Origin: Betaproteobacteria bacterium | GTDB taxonomy: Bacteria; Pseudomonadota; Gammaproteobacteria; Burkholderiales; SG8-39 | DNA: 45,891 nt | Assembly (NCBI GenBank): GCA_029863065.1 | Contig: JAOTWE010000002.1 | Span: forward strand, 1-45,891 | Reading direction: 5' to 3' | In this document: positions 28,891 to 37,780 of the stretch, piece by piece | Layout: each line of letters begins with the position of its first letter | How positions within the stretch are numbered: position 1 is the stretch's first letter | Notes under the pieces: model-generated | The model's database searches: none | What the model saw: only the letters and a program-made list of their open reading frames with translations | Told to the model about the DNA's origin: nothing | Translations under genes and position numbers: made by a program

Positions 28891-30597
28891 CTACAGTAGC
28901 GTTTCTCCCGGCCTCACACGGGTAAACGCGACCGGCTTCATGGCGATCGAGAGCCGGGCGTCGCCAAAGCGGGCGCTGGTGTAGGCGGAGCGCTCCAGCG
29001 CGCCGGCAGCTGGGAAATCCTCGCGGAAGTGCGCGCCGCGCGAGTCCTCGCGCGCGAGCGCGGCCTGTGCGACGACGCGGCTCGTCTCGGTGAGGCTCCT
29101 CAGGTTCAGCCAGTCGTGCCAGCTCAAGCTGAAAGCGCGATTGGCGTCGGCGATGCCGGTCGACGCCAGTTCGTCCCCGATCGCCGAGATTTCGGCGAGC
29201 GCCGCGTGCAAGCCAGCGGCGTCGCGGATGATGCCGACCTTCTCCCACATCACGTCATAGAGCCGCTCGCGCAGGGCTTCCAGCGAGCCATGCGACGCGG
29301 CGCGTTTCGGCTCGCAGCGCGCGATCGCGGCGTCGACCGCGGCGCGCTCCGGATCGCGCAGCGCGCCCGCCTTTTTCACCCACGCCGCCATCGTGTCGCC
29401 CGCCACCGCGCCGAACACGGTGGAATTGGCAACGCCGTTGCCGCCCAGGCGATTCGCGCCGTGCACGCCACCCGCGTCCTCGCCGGCGACGAACAGCCCC
29501 GGCAGCGCGGTCGTGCAGTCCGGCGCGAACTCCACCCCGCCCATCATGTAGTGCGCCGTGGGCACCACCTCGACGAGCCCGCCGGCGAGGTCGAACCCGC
29601 AGTCGGCGCAGCGTTCCACCATGCCCTTGAAATTCTTCGCCACGTTGTCCGCGCCAAGATGCGCCATGGAGATGTACAGGCCGCCGTTCGGCGTGAGGTT
29701 CCCCTTGCGCATCTGCGTGTACATCGCGCGCGAGACGAAATCGCGCGTCGCGCGTTCGGCGAGCGGGTCGTAGCCCGGCATGAAGCGCTCCCGCGCGCCG
29801 TTCAGCAGGTAGCCGCCCGCGCCGCGCAGCCCTTCCTCGAGCACCGTGCCGGTCATGCGCGTGTGCGGCCCGGCAAGTAACCCCGTCGGGTGGAACTGCA
29901 CCATCTCCATGTCGCGCAGCGGCAGTCCGGCGCGCAGCGCCATGGCAAGCCCGTCGCAGCTCTTGTCGCCCGAAGGCGTGTGGTAGCGGTACATGGTCGG
30001 CCCGCCGCCGGTGGCGAGCAGCACCGCCTTCGCGCGCACGAATACGTATTCGCCCGTGCGCATGTCGATCATGAGCACGCCGGCGAGCGCCGCACCGTCG
30101 CGAGACTTCACCAGCTCGACCGCGCGGTGCTCTTCGAGCCGGTCGATGCGGCGCGCCCAGACCTGCTCGGCAAGGCGGTTGATGATCTCGATGCCTGTGA
30201 GATCGCCCTTATGCACCGTGCGATCGAACGTCTGCCCGGCGAAGGCTTTCTGGTGCACCGTGCCGTCGGCGTTGCGGTCGAAGAAGCAGCCGAGCTCGTT
30301 CTCGAGCTCGCGCACGCGCTCCACCGCCAGCGTGACCAGCTTCCAGGCGAGTTCCTGGTCGGGCAGCCACTTGCCGCCCTCGATGGTGTCCATGAAGTGG
30401 CGCTCGACCGAGTCCTCACTGGCGAGCGCCACGTTGTAGCCGCCCTGCACCATGCGCGTGCAGCCGCACTTGCCGAGCAGACCCTTGACCGCGACGGTGA
30501 TCGAAAGCGAAGGATCGGCTGCATGTGCGTGCAGCGCGGCGAACAGGCCCGCGCCACCCGAGCCGAGGATCAGGATATCGGTGTCAAGCGAGCGCAC
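28891..30597 (-). CDS. SdhA/FrdA-family FAD flavoprotein with Cys at the canonical covalent-His position.
   Basis: DILILGSGGAGLFAAL; GKCGCTRMVQGG (E. coli SdhA has TRSHTVSAQGG); MVQFHPTG; EEGLRGAGGYLLN; TAHYMMGG; VHGANRLGGNG; REDSRGAHFR. GTG start overlaps the permease gene by 14 nt. Confidence 0.88.
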   Translation of the reverse strand: MRSLDTDILILGSGGAGLFAALHAHAADPSLSITVAVKGLLGKCGCTRMVQGGYNVALASEDSVERHFMDTIEGGKWLPDQELAWKLVTLAVERVRELENELGCFFDRNADGTVHQKAFAGQTFDRTVHKGDLTGIEIINRLAEQVWARRIDRLEEHRAVELVKSRDGAALAGVLMIDMRTGEYVFVRAKAVLLATGGGPTMYRYHTPSGDKSCDGLAMALRAGLPLRDMEMVQFHPTGLLAGPHTRMTGTVLEEGLRGAGGYLLNGARERFMPGYDPLAERATRDFVSRAMYTQMRKGNLTPNGGLYISMAHLGADNVAKNFKGMVERCADCGFDLAGGLVEVVPTAHYMMGGVEFAPDCTTALPGLFVAGEDAGGVHGANRLGGNGVANSTVFGAVAGDTMAAWVKKAGALRDPERAAVDAAIARCEPKRAASHGSLEALRERLYDVMWEKVGIIRDAAGLHAALAEISAIGDELASTGIADANRAFSLSWHDWLNLRSLTETSRVVAQAALAREDSRGAHFREDFPAAGALERSAYTSARFGDARLSIAMKPVAFTRVRPGETLL

Positions 30598-32614
30598 GGT
30601 CCCGCTTCAGCCACTGCAGCAGCACCACGAGCGCGACCAGCGCGAAGCCGATGGCATCGAACATCGCTTTAGGATAAACGAGGAGGAAGCCGGCCACGAT
30701 CAGCATCAGTCGCTCGGCGAGGTTGGTGCGCTTGAGCAACCACCCCTGCAGGCCGCCGGCGAGCGCCGCGATGCCGATCGCGGCGGTGAAGGTCACGAGC
30801 GCGATCGAGCCCCAGTCGGCGTTGCCGAGCGTCTTGATCGAGCCCGTCAGCAGGAGCCCGGTGCCGCTCGGATCGAGCACGAACATGAACGGCACGAGAA
30901 AGGCGGGTGCCGTGTACTTCCAGCACTGCAACGTGGTCTTGTAGGGGTCACCGCCCGTGATGGCGGCCGCCGCGAACGGCGACAGCGCGGTGGGCGGCGA
31001 GACCTCCGACAGCACCGCGTAGTAAAAGATGAACATGTGCGCCGCGAATTCGGGAACCTTCAGTGCGATCAGCGCCGGCGCGGCGATCACCGCGCAGATG
31101 ATGTAGCTCGCGGTCACCGGCACCGCCAGCCCGACGATCCAGACGATGAGCGCGGTGTAGATCGCCGTGAGCAGCAGCGAGTGCCCGGCATAGGCGAGCA
31201 CGATCGAGCTGAACTTGAGCCCGAGCCCGGTGAGCGTCACCACGCCGACGATGAGGCCGGCGCCGGCGCAGGTGGCGGCGACGTTGAGCACCGCGCGCGA
31301 GCCGCCGTCCAGGGCCTTGATGAGTCCCGAGCCGAGGAAGCCGCGCAGCAACGGCTCGCGGCCGCGCAGCCAGTCGTAGGACAGCAGCGCGCAGTCCCGG
31401 TGCAGGAAGCTGGTCACGAGGGCCACCACGGTCGCCCAGAACACCGACAGCTCGGGCGAGAAGCCGAGCAGCATGAAGACGACGATCGACACCAGCGACA
31501 GGAAATGGAACCAGTACTTCTTCGTCAGGCTCCAGGCCGACTCGACCTGCTCGAACAGCACGTCCTTCATGCCGAACTTGCGCACGTCGATCTCGACCAT
31601 GATGAACAGCGCGAGGTAATACAGGCAGGTCGGGATCGTCGCCATCAGCACCACGTCCAGGTACGAGATCTTCAGGAACTCGGCGATGAGGAACGCCGCG
31701 GCACCCAGCACCGGTGGCGAGATGATCGCGCCGAGGCCGCCCGCGGCCAGCAGTCCCCCGGCTTCGTTCTTGCTGTAGCCGACCTTGGCGAGCATCGGCG
31801 CGGCCACCGCGCCGAGTGTCACCGTGGTCGCCACGCCGGATCCCGACGGTCCGCCGAGCAGGAACGAGGCCAGCGTCACCGTGCGCCCCGCGCTGGTCGG
31901 CTTGCCGCCCATCGCGGCAAATGAAAAGTCGATGTAGAACTTGCCCGCGCCGGAAAACTGCAGGAAAGCGCCGTAGATCGTGAACAGGATGATCAGCGTC
32001 GATGAAACCGCGATCGCGGTACCGTAGATGCCCTCCAGCGTCATGTACATGTGGCCCACCAGGCGCGGAATCTCGTAGCCCTTGTGCGTCCAGGGCGCCG
32101 GCAGGTACTCGCCGAAGAAAGCGTACGCCAGGAAGCACGAGGTGATGAACGGCATGATCCAGCCGGTGGTGCGCCGCATCGCTTCCAGGATGAGGACGAC
32201 GAGGACCACACCGAACGCGATGTCCCAATTGTTGGGCAGGATCGAGCGGTCGAAGAAATCGTCGCCGCCCGCGATCAGGTAGACGGTGGTGGCGATGCCC
32301 GCCGCCGCCAGCAGCCAGTCCCACCCCATGACGCGGTGCCGGAAGCGCTTGGCGAGCGGAAAGATCAGGAACGTCAGAAACAGCACGAAGGCGACATGGA
32401 TCGCGCGCAGGTGCTCGGGCCGCACGATGGCGTACGCGGTGTAGAGGTGAAACAGCGACATCGCTACCGCGACCGTGGCGACCAGCCCGGCGAGCCAGCC
32501 CGTGAGCTTGTTGTGGACGCCCTCTTCCCGCTCGATTATCTCCTCGGCGCGCGCCAGCGCCTCGGCGCTGATTTCGGCTGCAGGCTTGTGCAGCAGCGTG
32601 ACGTCTTCGCTCAT
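30584..32614 (-). CDS. TRAP transporter fused permease (TAXI-type small and large membrane components).
   Basis: About 676 aa from ATG 32614 (GGAGGGAG upstream). Polytopic: LFHLYTAYAIV...FLLGGPSGSGVATTVTLGAVAAPML...GLGAIISPPVLGAAAFLIAEF. Confidence 0.88.
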   Translation of the reverse strand: MSEDVTLLHKPAAEISAEALARAEEIIEREEGVHNKLTGWLAGLVATVAVAMSLFHLYTAYAIVRPEHLRAIHVAFVLFLTFLIFPLAKRFRHRVMGWDWLLAAAGIATTVYLIAGGDDFFDRSILPNNWDIAFGVVLVVLILEAMRRTTGWIMPFITSCFLAYAFFGEYLPAPWTHKGYEIPRLVGHMYMTLEGIYGTAIAVSSTLIILFTIYGAFLQFSGAGKFYIDFSFAAMGGKPTSAGRTVTLASFLLGGPSGSGVATTVTLGAVAAPMLAKVGYSKNEAGGLLAAGGLGAIISPPVLGAAAFLIAEFLKISYLDVVLMATIPTCLYYLALFIMVEIDVRKFGMKDVLFEQVESAWSLTKKYWFHFLSLVSIVVFMLLGFSPELSVFWATVVALVTSFLHRDCALLSYDWLRGREPLLRGFLGSGLIKALDGGSRAVLNVAATCAGAGLIVGVVTLTGLGLKFSSIVLAYAGHSLLLTAIYTALIVWIVGLAVPVTASYIICAVIAAPALIALKVPEFAAHMFIFYYAVLSEVSPPTALSPFAAAAITGGDPYKTTLQCWKYTAPAFLVPFMFVLDPSGTGLLLTGSIKTLGNADWGSIALVTFTAAIGIAALAGGLQGWLLKRTNLAERLMLIVAGFLLVYPKAMFDAIGFALVALVVLLQWLKRDRALA

Positions 32615-32630
32615 CGGTGTCTCCCTCCAA

Positions 32631-32662
32631 CAAAAAGCCCCGCCAGCAGGCTGGACGGGGCT
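32631..32662 (-). terminator. Hairpin plus U5 between the binding-protein and permease genes (candidate intra-operon attenuator).
   Basis: Minus-sense RNA AGCCCCGUC CAGCCUGCU GGCGGGGCU UUUUG. Confidence 0.5.
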
Positions 32663-32678
32663 CGGGTGCGGCGCAGCC

Positions 32679-33632
32679 TCAGTTGATCTTGATGCCCTGC
32701 TCCGCGAAGTACTTGACGGCGCCGGGATGCCAGGGAATGGACGAAGCATCCGTCTTCTGGTTCTCGAGCTTGAAGCTGGCCGCTTCCTTGTGCACGCGGA
32801 TCAGCTCGTCGCGGTGGTCGAACACCGCCTTGACGATGCTGTAGGCGGTCTTGTCGTCCATGCTCTGATGGGCGATCAGCAGGTTCATCACCGTGGCCTG
32901 GTGATTGTCCGCCTCCATGCCTTTGTACACGTCCTTCGCGATCACGTCCTTCACGTACAGGTTGCCGTACTTCCTGTTCATCGCCGGCACCAGGTCGGCG
33001 ATGTCGATCATCCTGATCTTCGCGCCGGGCGTGTTGGCGAGGTCGGTCACCGCGGCGGTCGGCAGGCCGCCGACCCAGAAGAAGGCGTCGATCTTGCGGT
33101 CCTTCAGTGCGTTCACCGATTCGGCGACGCCGAGCCGCTCACGCGTCATGTCCTTGTCCTTGTCCAGCCCCGCCGCCTCGATGACGCGGAACGCCATCAC
33201 TTCGGTGGCGCTGCCGCCCGAGCCGGTGGAGACGCGCTTGCCCTTCAGGTCCGAAATCTTCGTCACGCCGGTGCCCTCGACCGAGACCACGTGCATGCGG
33301 TTGGGGTAGAGCACCATCAGCGTGCGCACCGGGACCGGCTTGCCGCTGAACTTGTCCTGCCCCTTGTAGGCGTCGAGCGTGGCGTCCGCCATGCTGAGCG
33401 CGATATAGGGCTTGCCGGTGCCGATCAGCTGCAGGTTGGCGACCGAGCCGCCGGTGACCTCGGCGGTCGCCTGCATGCCGGACACGTACTTCGAGAGCAC
33501 GGCGGCGATGCCGCCGCCCATCGGGTAGTAGACGCCGCCGGTGCCACCGGTCGCAATGGAAATGTTCTGTGCCTGTACTGCGAACGCGAGCGTGCCGGCG
33601 GCGAGCGCCGCGACGCGCAACAGCGATTTCAT
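32679..33632 (-). CDS. TAXI-family TRAP transporter periplasmic solute receptor.
   Basis: Signal peptide MKSLLRVAALAAGTLAFAVQA. ISIATGGTGGVYYPMGGGIA...VANLQLIGTGK..IALSMAD...RVSTGSGGSATE...WHPGAVKYF. AGGAGGAAAGACC precedes the ATG. Confidence 0.88.
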   Translation of the reverse strand: MKSLLRVAALAAGTLAFAVQAQNISIATGGTGGVYYPMGGGIAAVLSKYVSGMQATAEVTGGSVANLQLIGTGKPYIALSMADATLDAYKGQDKFSGKPVPVRTLMVLYPNRMHVVSVEGTGVTKISDLKGKRVSTGSGGSATEVMAFRVIEAAGLDKDKDMTRERLGVAESVNALKDRKIDAFFWVGGLPTAAVTDLANTPGAKIRMIDIADLVPAMNRKYGNLYVKDVIAKDVYKGMEADNHQATVMNLLIAHQSMDDKTAYSIVKAVFDHRDELIRVHKEAASFKLENQKTDASSIPWHPGAVKYFAEQGIKIN

Positions 33633-33679
33633 GGTCTTTCCTCCTGTAGGTGGGGTACTGCCGTAGTGCGCGGCGGATT

Positions 33680-34288
33680 CTACCCCACGCCAAGCCGCCG
33701 TAGCGCCTCGGCGCGCTTCGCTTCCGCGGCGTTACGCACCCGCGAATACAGGCTGCCGCCGAAGCTGTCCATGGCCACCAGCAGGGGGCCGAAGCCCCGC
33801 ACGCGGAATTTCCACAGCGACTCCGGATACAGGTCGTCCAGATCGACGTCTTCGATCGCCTCGACCCAAGTGGTCTCGAGCGCCGCGGCGCCGCCGATGA
33901 TCGCGACGTAGACGCCGCCCAGCTCGCCGAAAGTCGCGAGCGAATTTTCGCGCAGCCCGCCTTTGCCGATGATCATGCGCACGCCGTACTGCTGCATGAG
34001 CGGCCGGCTGAAGCGTTCCATGCGGTCGCTGGTGGTCGTGCCGATGCACAGCGGCGCATAGCCGGCGGGGTGCTGCGCGCTCTTTTCCACCTTGCGCACG
34101 TTGGGCGCGGTGTGGATCACCGCGTGCCCCGAGAGGTCGAAGCGGGTCTTCCTGCCGCGGTCGAACATGTGGATCTGCGTCGCGTCGCGGATGCCGTAGA
34201 GCGTGCCGTTGAGCGTCACCGTGTCCTCGACGCGCAAGGCGCGCGTCCGCGCCTCGCTCACGGGCATGGTGAAATCGTAGTGCGCCAT
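33680..34288 (-). CDS. Fe-S type hydro-lyase (tartrate/fumarate dehydratase family) beta subunit.
   Basis: 202 aa: TLNGTLYGIRDATQ..., AVIHTAPNV, IGTTTSDRME, MIIGKGG. Confidence 0.85.
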   Translation of the reverse strand: MAHYDFTMPVSEARTRALRVEDTVTLNGTLYGIRDATQIHMFDRGRKTRFDLSGHAVIHTAPNVRKVEKSAQHPAGYAPLCIGTTTSDRMERFSRPLMQQYGVRMIIGKGGLRENSLATFGELGGVYVAIIGGAAALETTWVEAIEDVDLDDLYPESLWKFRVRGFGPLLVAMDSFGGSLYSRVRNAAEAKRAEALRRLGVG

Positions 34289-34292
34289 CGCC

Positions 34293-34850
34293 CTAGCCGC
34301 CGAGGAGCTTCTTCTTCAGGTCGTCCTGCACCGGCTTCGGGCCGAGCCAGACGCGCAGCAGCGCCTGGTAGAAGTCCTCGCCGGCGATGGGCGCGCCGGC
34401 GGCCTTGCCGTCCACCGTCATCTGCGTGCCGGTTCCGGGCAGCCAGTCGAGCGTGATCGCCATGCCCTTCTTCGCTTCCTGCATCTGCGCCATGACCGCA
34501 TTCAACTCCGCAATGCGCGGCTCGAGCGCCTTCATCGTCTGCTCGTCGTGATTCGGGCGCATGCCGTCGACCAGCGCCTTGGCGAAGGTATCGGCATCGA
34601 CGTTGCGCAGCATGTGGATGGCGATGCGTTTCGCCCCCGGCTGCATCACCAGGTCGGCGTTCGCATCGCGCACGTAGAGCGCCATGGCGTACACGTCGAA
34701 AATGAAGCGCTGGCGCAGGCCCGCGCCGGTGAGCGCAAGCTCGGAGTCGGCGACGCGCACGCGCTCGTCGAATTTCACGCCCCCCACTTCGGCGGCCTGC
34801 AGCGGCAGGGCGAACACGAGGAACAGCAGCAGCAGCACCCTAGTGGCCAT
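34293..34850 (-). CDS. Secreted chalcone-isomerase-like (Chalcone_3-type) protein.
   Basis: Signal peptide MATRVLLLLFLVFALPLQA. VGGVKFDERVRV..ELALTGAGLRQRFIFDVYAMALYV. The start overlaps the alpha-subunit stop by 11 nt, and the stop is 4 nt from the beta-subunit ATG. Confidence 0.7.
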   Translation of the reverse strand: MATRVLLLLFLVFALPLQAAEVGGVKFDERVRVADSELALTGAGLRQRFIFDVYAMALYVRDANADLVMQPGAKRIAIHMLRNVDADTFAKALVDGMRPNHDEQTMKALEPRIAELNAVMAQMQEAKKGMAITLDWLPGTGTQMTVDGKAAGAPIAGEDFYQALLRVWLGPKPVQDDLKKKLLGG

Positions 34851-35715
34851 ATTCCACCCCCGTTGCGCGTATGGTGGCGCGCGCTCGCCGCGCCGAGTGG
34901 CACTGCATGTTCACCGCCACCGGGTTCATGGTGATGTGCGTGGCCGCGGTCTCGACGTGCACGGCAAAGGCCGTGGAATCGCCGCCCAGCCCCTGCGGCC
35001 CGACGCCGAGCACGTTTACCGCCTCGCTGAGCGCGCGCTCGAGCTTCGCGCCCTCCGCGTCCTCGCAATTCGAGCCGAGCGGCCGCGTCGCCGCGATCTT
35101 CGCCAGGTGCATGCACAGGTCCGCCGTGCCGCCCACGCCCACGCCGACGATGGTCGGCGGGCAGGTCATGCCGCCCGCCTGCAGCACGCAGTCGACGACG
35201 AACACCTTGATGGCATCGATGCCGTCGGCGGGGATCGCCATCTTCAGCCAGGAGTTGTTCTCCGAGCCCGAGCCCTTGGGCACCATCTCGATCACCAGAG
35301 TGCCGGGCGCGGCGGTGAAATCGAGGTTGATCACCGGGATGCCGCGGCCGCAGGAGGTCTGCTCATTGACGCGCGTGGTGGGATGCACGATCGACGAGCG
35401 GAAGCAGTTTTCGCGCGTCGAGCGCGCGCAGCCCGCGCGGATGGCTTCCTTCAGCGCCACGCCGTCGACCTCGACGCCGCGCCCGATCCAGACGTTGTAG
35501 ACCGGGATGCCGGTGTCCTGGCACAGCAGATTGTCGGTGTCCTCGGCGACCTTGATGTTGGCGATCATCGTGCCGAGCACGCGCTTCGCGCCGGCGTTGC
35601 TCTCGCGCTTCGCGAGCGCATCGAACCCCTGCTTGATGTCGGGCGGCAGGCGCTTCAGCGCGCGGATGTAGAGCTCCTTCGCCGTCTCCTCGACGCTCTT
35701 CAGGTCGACTCTCAC
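34840..35715 (-). CDS. Fe-S type hydro-lyase (tartrate/fumarate dehydratase family) alpha subunit.
   Basis: 291 aa: LCQDTGIPVYNVWIG, MVPKGSGSENNS, CPPTIVGVGVGGTADL, GLGGDSTAFAV. GTG start. Confidence 0.85.
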   Translation of the reverse strand: MRVDLKSVEETAKELYIRALKRLPPDIKQGFDALAKRESNAGAKRVLGTMIANIKVAEDTDNLLCQDTGIPVYNVWIGRGVEVDGVALKEAIRAGCARSTRENCFRSSIVHPTTRVNEQTSCGRGIPVINLDFTAAPGTLVIEMVPKGSGSENNSWLKMAIPADGIDAIKVFVVDCVLQAGGMTCPPTIVGVGVGGTADLCMHLAKIAATRPLGSNCEDAEGAKLERALSEAVNVLGVGPQGLGGDSTAFAVHVETAATHITMNPVAVNMQCHSARRARATIRATGVEYGH

Positions 35716-35727
35716 GATCGGAACATT

Positions 35728-36030
35728 CTACAGGGCGAGCGCGAAAGCCAGCCCGGCGGCGAGCGCGCATCCGGCGGCGAGCGCCGCCAGGCCCTTGGCC
35801 CAGTCGCGCCAGGGCAGGAACTCGAGCATCAGCACCCGTACGCCGCCCGCGAGGTGCAGGGCGAGCAGCGTCACCAGGCCCCACTCGGCGAATTTCACCG
35901 CCGGCTGCTCGGTCCACGCGAGGAAGGCATCCAGCTGCAGCGCGCGCGCCAGCACCCAGAAGTGGACCGGCAGAAAGAGCGCGAGCGCTAACCCCGAGAG
36001 CCGGTGCGCGAGCGCGAGCCCGCGGCTCAA
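35728..36030 (-). CDS. SdhC-like (Sdh_cyt) membrane anchor subunit, putative.
   Basis: 100 codons from TTG 36030 (TTGA overlap with the upstream stop). Three TM segments. AHRLSGLALALFLPVHF and LLALHLAGGVRVLMLEF resemble the SdhC HRxSG and H..G.R motifs. Only the C-terminal part of track ORF 35728..36339 is used. Confidence 0.55.
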   Translation of the reverse strand: MSRGLALAHRLSGLALALFLPVHFWVLARALQLDAFLAWTEQPAVKFAEWGLVTLLALHLAGGVRVLMLEFLPWRDWAKGLAALAAGCALAAGLAFALAL

Positions 36031-36365
36031 GCGAACACCCCGCGCACCGCCTGCAGGCCCATGCCGGCGAGCACCACGGCGAAGACGATGAGCGCCAGAT
36101 CGCGTGCGCGGCCACGCCAACCGAACCATTCCGCAAGTACGGCTTTCAGTCCGATCGGCGCGTGCACCGCGACGGCGAGGACGAACACCGAATATAAGGC
36201 GGCCCAGGCAATATTGCCGCGCGTGCGCGCGAGAATCTCGGCGCCGGTGAGGCCGCCCTGTACCGCGTAGATGATGGTCGCGAGGTGCACCAGCACGCAG
36301 ACCGCCAGCACCGCGGCGCTCGCGCGCTGCGCCACCCACAGCAGCGTCTCGGTGCGCCGCGTCAC
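36027..36365 (-). CDS. SdhD-like membrane anchor subunit, putative.
   Basis: 112 codons from GTG 36365 (GTGA overlap with the FeS-subunit stop). Three TM segments. LWVAQRASAAVLAVCVLVHL and VLAVAVHAPIGLKAVLAEW resemble E. coli SdhD FILVRATAIVL.. and LIHAWIGMWQVLTDY. Confidence 0.55.
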   Translation of the reverse strand: MTRRTETLLWVAQRASAAVLAVCVLVHLATIIYAVQGGLTGAEILARTRGNIAWAALYSVFVLAVAVHAPIGLKAVLAEWFGWRGRARDLALIVFAVVLAGMGLQAVRGVFA

Positions 36366-37078
36366 AGTTCGCCTCGCAGCGCGGCGACCGCCACCGCGCG
36401 CTTCAGGCCGGCAATGCCGGCGGTGGGCGAGAGCGCCTTCGGACAGCGCTCCGTGCAGCTCATGTGCGTGTGGCACGACAGGCAGCCCGCGTCGCCGGCG
36501 ACCGCGCGCAGCCGGTCGGCATTCCCGGCATCGCGCTCGTCGTTCACGAGCGTCCAGGCGCGGTTGAGCGCCGCCGGGCCGAGATAGTCCGGATTGCGCG
36601 CCACGACGTCGCAGGCGCTGTAGCACACCGCGCAGCCGATGCATTCGATGCCTGCGTCGGCGAGACCGCGCTTCTCCGATTGCGGCGAGACGCGCGCGAA
36701 TTCGTCGTGGCGCGAGCGATCGCCCTTGAACTGGCCGCCGGCGCGCGCCCACTTGTCGAAGAACTCGCGCATGTCGGCGACGAGGTCGCGGATCACCGGG
36801 AGATTCCTCAGCGGCGCGACTTCCAGCCGACCGCCTCGCGCCACCCTGTCGACGTGCGTGCGGCAGGTCCAGCGCGGCGCACCGTTCACCGTCATGGCGC
36901 AGGAGCCGCACATGCCGACGCGGCAGGCAAAGCGGTAGGCGAGCGTCGGATCGAGCGCGCGCTGGATGTGGCTCACCACGTCGAGCACGGTCTGGCTTTC
37001 GCGGCGCGGCACCTCGTACTCGCGGAAGGCGCCGGCGGCGTCGCCGCGCCAGACACGGACCTTCAGCGTCGCGTTCAT
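36362..37078 (-). CDS. Succinate dehydrogenase/fumarate reductase-type iron-sulfur subunit.
   Basis: 238 aa from ATG 37078 (ATGA overlap). FACRVGMCGSCAMTVNG..RWTC (2Fe-2S), CIGCAVCYSAC (4Fe-4S), CLSCHTHMSCTERCPK (3Fe-4S/4Fe-4S). Confidence 0.88.
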   Translation of the reverse strand: MNATLKVRVWRGDAAGAFREYEVPRRESQTVLDVVSHIQRALDPTLAYRFACRVGMCGSCAMTVNGAPRWTCRTHVDRVARGGRLEVAPLRNLPVIRDLVADMREFFDKWARAGGQFKGDRSRHDEFARVSPQSEKRGLADAGIECIGCAVCYSACDVVARNPDYLGPAALNRAWTLVNDERDAGNADRLRAVAGDAGCLSCHTHMSCTERCPKALSPTAGIAGLKRAVAVAALRGEL

Positions 37079-37770
37079 GCGTACTGCAGGAGGATGCGCG
37101 TCGTCTCTTCCGGCGCGCTCACCATCAGGTCGTGCCCGGTTTTCAGATCGATGAACGACGACCCGGGCTTTCCCCGGTGGCGCTCCTTGATCGCCGCCAG
37201 TGCCGGCATGGCAGGCTCGCGGCAATCGATGTACGCCTTCGGCAAGCCGTTGCCGATGGCGCCGCCCCAGTGCATTCTCTGATCGAAGGTCGCGAACGGG
37301 TGCGGCGTCATGCGCCGCCGGACCCACTCGGTATCTGCCGGATCGGCGAAGCCATAGATGGCGGGATCGGGCGCCGGGATGGTCTTGACACCGCCCTGCA
37401 TCACGGCCGACTTGCGCCGCGTCTCGACTACCTCCGGCGGAAAGACGTCGGACCACGCCTGCCCGTCTTCGACCAGCACGGCATCGAGATAGACGAGCTG
37501 CCGCAGGCGCGCCTTCGCACGCGCCGCGACGCCGGTGATGACGATGCCGCCGTAGCTGTGGCCCACCAGCACGATGTCGGTCAGTTCCTCGGCCTCGAGG
37601 AGCCCGACGACATCCTGGATGTGCGTCTCGAGGTTGACCTCGCTGCTGAGCAGATGCCGCCGCTCGCCCAGACCGGTGAGCGTGGGGCAGAACACGCGAT
37701 GCCCGGCCGCAGCCAGGCGATCCGCGACGCGGCGCCAGCACCAGCCGCCGTGCCAGGCGCCGTGAACCAA
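37075..37770 (-). CDS. Alpha/beta-fold hydrolase (SABP2/methylesterase-like).
   Basis: VHGAWHGGWCW, nucleophile elbow LVGHSYGG, GHDLMVS. The only available start is TTG 37770. Confidence 0.8.
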   Translation of the reverse strand: MVHGAWHGGWCWRRVADRLAAAGHRVFCPTLTGLGERRHLLSSEVNLETHIQDVVGLLEAEELTDIVLVGHSYGGIVITGVAARAKARLRQLVYLDAVLVEDGQAWSDVFPPEVVETRRKSAVMQGGVKTIPAPDPAIYGFADPADTEWVRRRMTPHPFATFDQRMHWGGAIGNGLPKAYIDCREPAMPALAAIKERHRGKPGSSFIDLKTGHDLMVSAPEETTRILLQYA

Positions 37771-37780
37771 TACGTAGGTG

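Noticed and set aside
33640-33679. GGTAGAATC motif (also present at 20696-20704) as a shared internal promoter -10 box.
   Set aside because: There are only two occurrences and neither has a convincing -35. It may be chance. It is kept as a note under the rpoD hairpin finding only.
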